Shown here: piece by piece, positions 57,937 through 64,000 of the stretch
How positions within the stretch are numbered: position 1 is the stretch's first letter
Layout: every line of letters starts with the position of its first letter
Translations under genes and position numbers: made by a program
The notes under the pieces: generated by a model
What the model was told of the DNA's origin: nothing
Seen by the model: only the letters and a program-made list of their open reading frames with translations
Databases searched by the model: none
Source: Desulfatiglandales bacterium
GTDB lineage: Bacteria > Desulfobacterota > DSM-4660 > Desulfatiglandales > HGW-15
NCBI GenBank assembly: GCA_963667015.2
Contig: CAXXJJ010000004.1
Span: 2,944,001-3,008,000, forward strand
Direction: 5' to 3'
DNA: 64,000 nt

Positions 57937-58752
57937 ATGCTGGAAGAACAAAAAGGGGCAGCGGAGGCAGAAGAGCTATTAGAGGGACTGGGTTTCGATT
58001 CCTTGCCGATTATTCCCAATAAAGTGGTAGAGTCGATAGATTGTGCCGCTTTCAGGGTCGTTTTCGAAGCAAGAGAATTTGATTCTGAAGGCATCCTTGG
58101 CAAAGCTGAAGGAAATAGTAAGGCTGCACTAATCTACGTAAATTCCAACATTCCCGATCAGGGACGGTTTAATTTTACCGCTGCCCATGAAATTGGACAT
58201 GTTTGTATGCACATACAAACTCAAACAAAGTTATCCTTTGAATGTGGGAATAAGGAAATCTATACCCAGTTTAACGATCCCATAGAAAAAGAAGCAAATG
58301 GTTTTGCCTCGGGGTTATTGATGCCTAAGAATCTGATTTACGATCATTTCGATGGTGATATTAATTGGCATAACATTTCACATCTATCAGAACTATGCAA
58401 AACCTCACTGGAAGCAACATATAGGCGTATAAGTTTTTTAGAAAACACACCAAGCGCTTTTATTATCCATCGAAATGGCAATTTTAGACGTTTTGTTGCA
58501 TCTGATTCCTTTGGATTTTTTATTGAAAACTCCCCGCTTTCATACGACCAACAAGATTTAGCAGTGGATGTAAAAGAAGAAGGATATCCTTTAGGCTTTG
58601 AAACTGTTGATGCATCTGACTGGATTGATCCAAACTCAAAAGGTATCTGCCTTGAGTCAATATATGCGAGCACGATATTGCTGGACAATGGTTTCACATA
58701 TACAATACTAACTTATGATGATGATTGTATACTTGAAGAAGCTGAATATTAG
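57937..58752 (+). CDS. ImmA/IrrE-family metallopeptidase (CapP-like)
   Basis: RFNFTAAHEIGH, EKEANGFASGLLMP, C-terminal extension; directly follows the HTH gene. Confidence 0.88.
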   Translation: MLEEQKGAAEAEELLEGLGFDSLPIIPNKVVESIDCAAFRVVFEAREFDSEGILGKAEGNSKAALIYVNSNIPDQGRFNFTAAHEIGHVCMHIQTQTKLSFECGNKEIYTQFNDPIEKEANGFASGLLMPKNLIYDHFDGDINWHNISHLSELCKTSLEATYRRISFLENTPSAFIIHRNGNFRRFVASDSFGFFIENSPLSYDQQDLAVDVKEEGYPLGFETVDASDWIDPNSKGICLESIYASTILLDNGFTYTILTYDDDCILEEAEY

Positions 58753-58824
58753 TTATATCTGAAAAATTTTCTAGTAAAAATAAACAGAGAATACAATCAC
58801 TAACTAGAATATTTAAAATTAAAT

Positions 58825-58952
58825 GTCTGAGGTCAGGGAGAAAAACAGGCTGCCGTCGTCGCCAAGGCTATGCCGGGCCAGGGAAGCAGGCTGAAGACTG
58901 TTAGGGAAAGAAAAAAACCAGAAATCAGGAATCTGAGGGAGGAGATCAGGGG
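58825..58952. repeat. Composite heptamer-based intergenic repeat, copy 1 (partial)
   Basis: CAGGCTGAAGACTGTTAGGGAAAGAAAAAAACCAGAAATCAG...GAGATCAGGGG. Confidence 0.7.
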
Positions 58953-58973
58953 GAATGCTGTTAATTTTTTATA

Positions 58974-60077
58974 TTACATGTTAACAGCCCACGTAAAACG
59001 TTTTTTAAGATCATTACAATGGGTAACTGGTAATAATTTATCATGTTGAAGACGACCAACAACAATACCCGGTGCTATTCCTATTGAAGAAGCAAAATCC
59101 TGGATTTTGGATTTTGAAAATGGTGTATCCTGTATAAATTGTAAATAGCTGGCAGAAGGTATAAGAAAATCGGATGCAAATCGATCTGCCTCTTCTTCTT
59201 TTGCTTCAAGCATGTCTATTGAAGATCCTTCAATAAATATCTCCTTTTTCCCATGTTTTATTATATGACCTGCTTCATGAAAGAAAGAAAACCAAAGATG
59301 ATCATCTGATTTATACCTCAGGCTTAACTGTATTAAAGCCTTTTCAGCTGAGAGCCATCTTGTTGCACCGCTAACCCTTGTTTTTGGCAACTCAGGGGTA
59401 AAAACCACTGCAACTCCACAATTTGAACATATTTCTATTATTTTTTCCTGAAATAATTCAGGCGGTTCAATAGACAGAAGACGTATTTCATTAAGGGCTG
59501 ATTGAAACTTTACTTTATCGAACGGCCTGCAGTAGTATGTGCCTGCTTCGATTTCTCCCCTGCGCAGCCAGGCTATTAAGGCATAATTGTCTGTCTTTAA
59601 AGCCTTTGATTTTCTAAAAACAACCTTTTCATTTAAGGCAGATGTAATTTTCGGCCATTGATCAGGAGAAGCAATCGCAAAATATTTCAGTAATTCCTGT
59701 AACTGTTGAACCTTGTCATTATATTTAGCGACCCATCCCCATTTGACCATGTTGTTCACAGGAAAGGAAGCAAGCCATGTAATGTGTTTTTTCAATCTTT
59801 CCTGCTCTTCTATTCTTGCCAAACCTTCTCGATAATTACGCTCCCTGTTATTCCAGAAAGATGCAGGAGTCCCCAGCACGCGTTCCAGCTCAATGGACAT
59901 TTTAGGCGTAATAGGGGCTTTACCTTTAATAATCTCATTAATCATTTTTTTGGAACGGCCTGTTCTGTCTGCAAGATCAGCCTGGGACATGCCAAGTGCT
60001 TCTATCGTCTCCTGAAGTGTCACTCCCGGCGGAGTAACGCTGTCAGGCAGGTATTGATTTTTGTTATGTTTAGCCAT
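58974..60077 (-). CDS. higA: HigA-type antitoxin: XRE HTH fused to an ImmA/IrrE-like peptidase domain
   Basis: PPGVTL...MSQADLADRTG...NEIIKGK..IT...LE..LG.PASFW; WFSFFHEAGH; EEEADRFA. Confidence 0.85.
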   Translation of the reverse strand: MAKHNKNQYLPDSVTPPGVTLQETIEALGMSQADLADRTGRSKKMINEIIKGKAPITPKMSIELERVLGTPASFWNNRERNYREGLARIEEQERLKKHITWLASFPVNNMVKWGWVAKYNDKVQQLQELLKYFAIASPDQWPKITSALNEKVVFRKSKALKTDNYALIAWLRRGEIEAGTYYCRPFDKVKFQSALNEIRLLSIEPPELFQEKIIEICSNCGVAVVFTPELPKTRVSGATRWLSAEKALIQLSLRYKSDDHLWFSFFHEAGHIIKHGKKEIFIEGSSIDMLEAKEEEADRFASDFLIPSASYLQFIQDTPFSKSKIQDFASSIGIAPGIVVGRLQHDKLLPVTHCNDLKKRFTWAVNM

Positions 60078-60408
60078 GTGTATCCTCCACACCCAGTATT
60101 TCTATTTCTGTTACCCTGGACCAATCCAGACCTTTATCTGGTTTCAGGGGAACAGGGTTATTATCCGGTTTAAAAAGAAGCCTGTATGGATGATCCAGGT
60201 CAACAGACAGTTTACCTCCATGGTCACCTTTCAATTCATGACAACGAGCCTGAGGGAGAAAACGAAGTGTTTCAAGCGATTCTGCTGCTTTTAGTTCATC
60301 AAGTCTCTGTAAAATCAGGGCAGCTCTTCTTGCACCATATGCCCTGATCAACTGTTTTCTATTATTACATTGTTTTTTTAACTTACCGGCCTTAAATACG
60401 ATATCCAT
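60070..60408 (-). CDS. higB: HigB/RelE-family toxin
   Basis: RCHELKGD..GKLSVDLDHPYRLLF; upstream of and overlapping the antitoxin; start placed at MDIVF. Confidence 0.85.
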   Translation of the reverse strand: MDIVFKAGKLKKQCNNRKQLIRAYGARRAALILQRLDELKAAESLETLRFLPQARCHELKGDHGGKLSVDLDHPYRLLFKPDNNPVPLKPDKGLDWSRVTEIEILGVEDTHG

Positions 60409-60432
60409 CTTGCGGCTCTTTGTCAATTATTA

Positions 60433-60449
60433 TTAACCAAATAGGTTAA
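60433..60449. promoter_or_regulatory. Putative higBA operator
   Basis: Perfect palindrome TTAACC-AAATA-GGTTAA just upstream of higB. Confidence 0.55.
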
Positions 60450-60638
60450 TGATTTTTAAATGTGATTATACTTGCTAGAATGTCAAATTCCCGTTTAATT
60501 CTGTTACCAATATTGGCCATGAGCCAATAATTGATTAAGGTTTCGAGACTTTTAGTAAAACGATAAGACTTGCAATCCGCCAGAGGCTGACAAGGGTAGT
60601 ATGTCTTCATGCCTGAATTGATACAGATATTTTTAAAA

Positions 60639-60788
60639 CTTATTTAAGAATAATTCAAGATTCAATATTAAAAAAGCAGACTGAAGGCTGTAGGCTGTTA
60701 GAGAAAACAGGCTGAAGCGGTTTAGGCTGTAGGCTGTTAGGGAAAGAAAAAAACCAGTGGTCAGATGGCAGAAATCAGAGATCAGGGG
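60639..60788. repeat. Composite intergenic repeat, copy 2 (blocks A+B)
   Basis: Block A 60639-60696 matches 62663-62720 (56/58); block B 60731-60785 matches 63427-63481 (54/55). Confidence 0.85.
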
Positions 60789-60820
60789 ACGAAAGTTTAC
60801 TGTATATAGTTTGCGGTTAA

Positions 60821-60935
60821 CTAAAGCTCATCAAGCATTTGATGAATTGTCTCAGCAAGGGATTTAATATGATTTTCGCAGACATCATAGATTTGATCTA
60901 GGAAGGATCTCCTTCACAATACTTATATCAAACAT
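60821..60935 (-). pseudogene. Internally deleted HepT/DUF86-type toxin remnant
   Basis: ATG overlaps the MNT stop; N-terminus MFDISIVKEIL is joined out of frame to C-terminus DQIYDVCENHIKSLAETIHQMLDEL*; no RX4-6H motif remains. Confidence 0.6.
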
Positions 60936-61221
60936 AGACAGCCTCTTCGTCTATCCTCTTTTTAAGAAAAGGATTCATATTCTCCCGGTGCCGTACAAGG
61001 TCGATTTTACACTTGAACTCCTCTTCAAGGTCCTGCTTGATCCCAATAAAATTGAACATATCCGGTTTTCCTAAAACAACGACAACATCGATATCACTAT
61101 TGTCATTAGCCATTCCTCTTGCAATTGATCCAAATATGCCGATACGGGCGATACCATAGGCAGCGCCTTTATATTTTTTAAATTTTCGTAATGATTCGAG
61201 GACATCCGATTTCTGCAGCAT
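60928..61221 (-). CDS. Minimal nucleotidyltransferase (MntA-type antitoxin)
   Basis: IGIFGSIARG....SDIDVVV, KIDLV. Confidence 0.9.
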   Translation of the reverse strand: MLQKSDVLESLRKFKKYKGAAYGIARIGIFGSIARGMANDNSDIDVVVVLGKPDMFNFIGIKQDLEEEFKCKIDLVRHRENMNPFLKKRIDEEAVYV

Positions 61222-61390
61222 GATCCTGTTCCTTAAGATATCAATATGATGAAATGATTTATGAGTATATGAAAGTTTTATAAATAGGTCAAATCGTATT
61301 AAAGAATCAAAAGCAGGCCTGTTAGTCTGAATAGGAAAAACCCGGGTTGGGTTGTTATCCAGCCTATGAATTAACAGGAGATTATGGTAT

Positions 61391-62428
61391 TTATTCGCTC
61401 CACATCACTTTAACCGATTCAGGGCAATCCCTTCCGGTGATGCCCTCATATATACGTTTCGCTGCTTTGTCAAAAATCTGCTTATAGTCCGGACTCTGGA
61501 TATTGCGGTCGAATACTTCTGCATCTTTCAAATAACTGAGCATATCCAGCCTCATGTCAATCTCGACCGCAATCCTGTCAAGCAGCACCTGACATTGGGC
61601 ACTGTCATCTTCCAGTATGCCGTCTTCTGTAATGATCGGATCTCCCGAATCCATTTCCTTATTAGCATCATTGGTAATTTCAATTGCTCTTTCCAGCGTA
61701 TTATATTCTTTTGGAACAGTTGCCTGTATGAGCTTAAATGCGGCTTCCAAAGGAGTCTGATTAATTAGCCCGGGATGATGAATGTAGCTGAATTCGGTTT
61801 GATATTTCACATCAGGTCCTTCAACGCCATACACAGTTTTACCATACCAGTTTTCTGTATACTGTATTATCTGATCTTTGCTCCAGTCTCCCTTTGGTTG
61901 AAAAAAGAGCCAGATGACATTTGACAGTTCGTTCAGGCATTCCTCAACCGTGTTATACATGTAATCGGCGAAATGTTTACCATCTTTGAATATGTCAATA
62001 CCGGCAAATTCAATTCCCGGCAAAGACGCCTGTAAGATCAGCGTATGATCCCTGAGGTTGCTGAGAATTAAAGAATATGCATTTCTGTTCCAACGCGCCA
62101 ATTCGCTCTCATCAAATTCTGCGGTGTCAAACAGTGTCATTTCTTTAAATGCACCTGGTGTCACCAGCACAGCACCAGTGTCAGGGGGAAGATCTATTTT
62201 TTTGATTACATCGAGATAAAACTCCCATTCATCATCCCCGCTGATTTGCATCGGCAGCAGTTGGCCTGGATTCTCAAGGAGATGTTTTTCCATCATTACA
62301 AGCATCAATTCCAAAACTGCCTGCCACCCGGTTACAAAATGGTCACCGCCTGCTTTTTCCCGATCTTCAGCCTTTTTGAATATAGCCTTTACTGATTTCT
62401 GTATTGATTTTTGTCGCTGTTTGTCCAT
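61391..62428 (-). CDS. Acidic hypothetical protein
   Basis: Long uninterrupted ORF; probable start 62428 (track start 62569); no family recognised. Confidence 0.7.
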   Translation of the reverse strand: MDKQRQKSIQKSVKAIFKKAEDREKAGGDHFVTGWQAVLELMLVMMEKHLLENPGQLLPMQISGDDEWEFYLDVIKKIDLPPDTGAVLVTPGAFKEMTLFDTAEFDESELARWNRNAYSLILSNLRDHTLILQASLPGIEFAGIDIFKDGKHFADYMYNTVEECLNELSNVIWLFFQPKGDWSKDQIIQYTENWYGKTVYGVEGPDVKYQTEFSYIHHPGLINQTPLEAAFKLIQATVPKEYNTLERAIEITNDANKEMDSGDPIITEDGILEDDSAQCQVLLDRIAVEIDMRLDMLSYLKDAEVFDRNIQSPDYKQIFDKAAKRIYEGITGRDCPESVKVMWSE

Positions 62429-62662
62429 TTTCCCGCCGTCGGTTTGGATTATCGATCTTTTAAAATTTGTTCCTGTTTCGACACGCTTGCATTGATCTTT
62501 AATGTTATTGAAAAGGATTATATTTTTTACATTATGTATGGATTTTTCTGTGCAAGCAACATAGCCCATAAGTTCATAGGTTTGAATAGCTTTGATTTAT
62601 AATTAAGAAAACCTTTAATACGGTAATTCATTATAACCGAAAAGATACAGTTATTCTTAAAC

Positions 62663-62772
62663 CTTATTTAAGAATAATTCAAGATTCAAGATTAAAAATG
62701 CAGACTGAAGGCTGTAGGCTAAAGGCTGTTAGGAGTGTTGATTCAAAATTCAAGATTCAATGTTCAAGATTG
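62663..62772. repeat. Composite intergenic repeat, copy 3 (block A plus ATTCAAG heptamers)
   Basis: CTTATTTAAGAATAATTCAAGATTCAAGATTAAAAATGCAGACTGAAGGCTGTAGGCT...TTCAAAATTCAAGATTCAATGTTCAAGATT. Confidence 0.85.
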
Positions 62773-62794
62773 CTAAAATCCAGAAGTCAGCCGG

Positions 62795-63094
62795 TTATCG
62801 TTTTTTCCAATAACCGGGTTTGCGTTTTGAATGAGCGACTGCAACAATCTGAATATTATTTTCTAAATTGCGATAAATAAGGCTGAATGGAAATCTTGGA
62901 AAAACATACCGGCGAGTACCAACGACATATTGGGGCCACATATCAGGAGATTCTTCGACCTGCTCTACCGCATGAATGAGTTCTGCAATAAAAGATCTCG
63001 ATGCTACAAGACTCCTTTCAGCATACCATTCTTTTGCAGCCTCAGCCTCCATTAGAGCTGAAGGATGGAATTCGATAGGCTTTTTAGCCATCAT
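62795..63094 (-). CDS. RelE/ParE-family toxin
   Basis: FHPSA..E...A..WY, RR....RFPFSLIY, IVAVAHSKRKPGYW. Confidence 0.9.
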   Translation of the reverse strand: MMAKKPIEFHPSALMEAEAAKEWYAERSLVASRSFIAELIHAVEQVEESPDMWPQYVVGTRRYVFPRFPFSLIYRNLENNIQIVAVAHSKRKPGYWKKR

Positions 63095-63329
63095 TTCGTT
63101 TTAAAAGAAGAGCTTTTACATTTTCCCATGGAATAGCTGTTACTTCTCCTGAATCTAATTCTTTTACCCGCTTCGCTACTTCAGCTTTCCAGACAGATTC
63201 AATCTCTTCAATAGGTGTATCGTCAAGGCTTTCGATTAACAGACCAGCCAAAGCAGCCCGATCTTTTTCATTCAGCCCAAGTGCTTTCTTGAATAAATCA
63301 TTTGTTAATACTTCCATGATCGGGAACAA
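63084..63329 (-). CDS. Putative addiction-module antitoxin
   Basis: AL.L...DRAALA..LIESLD...W.AEV.KR..E..SG.V..IPW. Confidence 0.88.
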   Translation of the reverse strand: MFPIMEVLTNDLFKKALGLNEKDRAALAGLLIESLDDTPIEEIESVWKAEVAKRVKELDSGEVTAIPWENVKALLLKRNDG

Positions 63330-63417
63330 CCCTCCTGTTTTCTAAGGTATAGACGCTATAATATATTATTAACCTGAAGATTTAAAGCTTTTAAAAATAA
63401 GCAGTTTTGGATGTAAT

Positions 63418-63481
63418 ACAGGCTTAAGGCTGTTAGGGGAAGAAAAAAACCAGTGGTCAGATGGCAGAAATCAGAGATCAG
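63418..63481. repeat. Composite intergenic repeat, copy 4 (block B)
   Basis: AGGCTGTTAGGGGAAGAAAAAAACCAGTGGTCAGATGGCAGAAATCAGAGATCAG. Confidence 0.85.
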
Positions 63482-63664
63482 CAACACTGATTATACCGCT
63501 ATTTGGGGGATGATTCTTTTGGGATAACACTTTGTTGTAACTGAATAATAATGATTTTGTTTTTCTATTTGGCGGATTTGCTCATATTGGCATTTCCGCC
63601 AAATAGCAAGTAAGAATCATGGATTTTAATTAGAGAAATCAGGAGATGGGGAAATTACTTTGCT

Positions 63665-64000
63665 TCAACCCTTTCTAACGAGTTCTGCTATGAATCTGGA
63701 AAACGGCTTTATATTCTGTCTTATACTCGCTTCTTCCAGAGCAGTCATATATTTATTGCGGGTTTTAATCGGAATAACTGTCCAGGGATAACCGGCACTG
63801 GCCAGCATTACATTCATAAGAAATCTTCCCATGCGTCCATTCCCATCACTATAGGGGTGGATATATACAAAGAAGAAATGACCAAGTACCGCCCTTACAG
63901 CAGGCTCTTCTTCATCCTTTAAAAGAGTGAAGAATGCGGGTATAAGATCATGCATGGCTTCATAGCGGGGTGGTACATGCATTGACCCGCGGATAAAGAC
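63665..64000 (-). CDS. Fic-domain protein, 5' end outside the window
   Basis: HPYSDGNGRMGR Fic motif; frame stays open to the window edge. Confidence 0.9.
   Translation of the reverse strand, partial: VFIRGSMHVPPRYEAMHDLIPAFFTLLKDEEEPAVRAVLGHFFFVYIHPYSDGNGRMGRFLMNVMLASAGYPWTVIPIKTRNKYMTALEEASIRQNIKPFSRFIAELVRKG

Noticed and set aside
1015..60294. Numerous short track ORFs antisense or off-frame to long genes (e.g. 22172..22831, 29992..30546, 45750..46295)
   Set aside because: Shadow frames of well-supported genes, with atypical composition
62698..62880. Track ORFs over repeats (also 41720..41947, 51878..52105, 31915..32193)
   Set aside because: Translations of heptamer or REP DNA, or overlapping real genes
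58825..63481. Repeats as a CRISPR array or integron attC sites
   Set aside because: Spacing is kilobases and irregular, there are no constant-length spacers or cas genes, and there is no RYYYAAC...GTTRRRY palindromic structure
1..64000. tRNA, rRNA, integrase or transposase genes
   Set aside because: None recognised by eye; a covariance-model scan would be needed to exclude a divergent RNA gene

Overview
A 64-kb bacterial chromosomal segment. Gene content and style suggest a deltaproteobacterial (Desulfobacterota-like) anaerobe, which is an inference. There are three zones. (1) About 0.8-41.3 kb is a very dense, mostly minus-strand signalling and transport region. It holds 6 sensor kinases (4 are close Cache-domain paralogues), 7 stand-alone receiver proteins, 2 receiver-CBS proteins, 2 sigma54 activators, CBS proteins, two TauE/SafE permeases, a DASS symporter, an OprO/P porin, a Ca/Na antiporter, a PEP-synthase-like protein and a GNAT-like plus deacetylase fusion. 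A groES-groEL-dksA block interrupts it. Several -24/-12 promoters are visible, and three share an upstream palindrome (TGTAAA-N5-TTTACA) at near-fixed spacing. (2) About 41.6-52 kb holds housekeeping genes (queD, kdsB, recJ, proS, mnmA, an acyl-CoA dehydrogenase, a bactofilin). (3) About 52.2-64 kb is an AT-richer defence island. Its core is a CBASS operon with an unusual make-up: an unannotated 57-aa peptide, a YdjM-like membrane hydrolase, an HNH-SAVED effector, a CD-NTase and a lone E2-like protein. A divergent CapH/CapP-like XRE plus peptidase pair with four operator boxes sits upstream. Downstream is a degenerate dCTP-deaminase-fold protein with two C-terminal TM helices. The rest of the island is a row of co-oriented toxin-antitoxin/Fic modules separated by conserved heptamer-based repeats. 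No tRNA, rRNA or CRISPR array was seen. All family calls come from motif recognition, not database searches.
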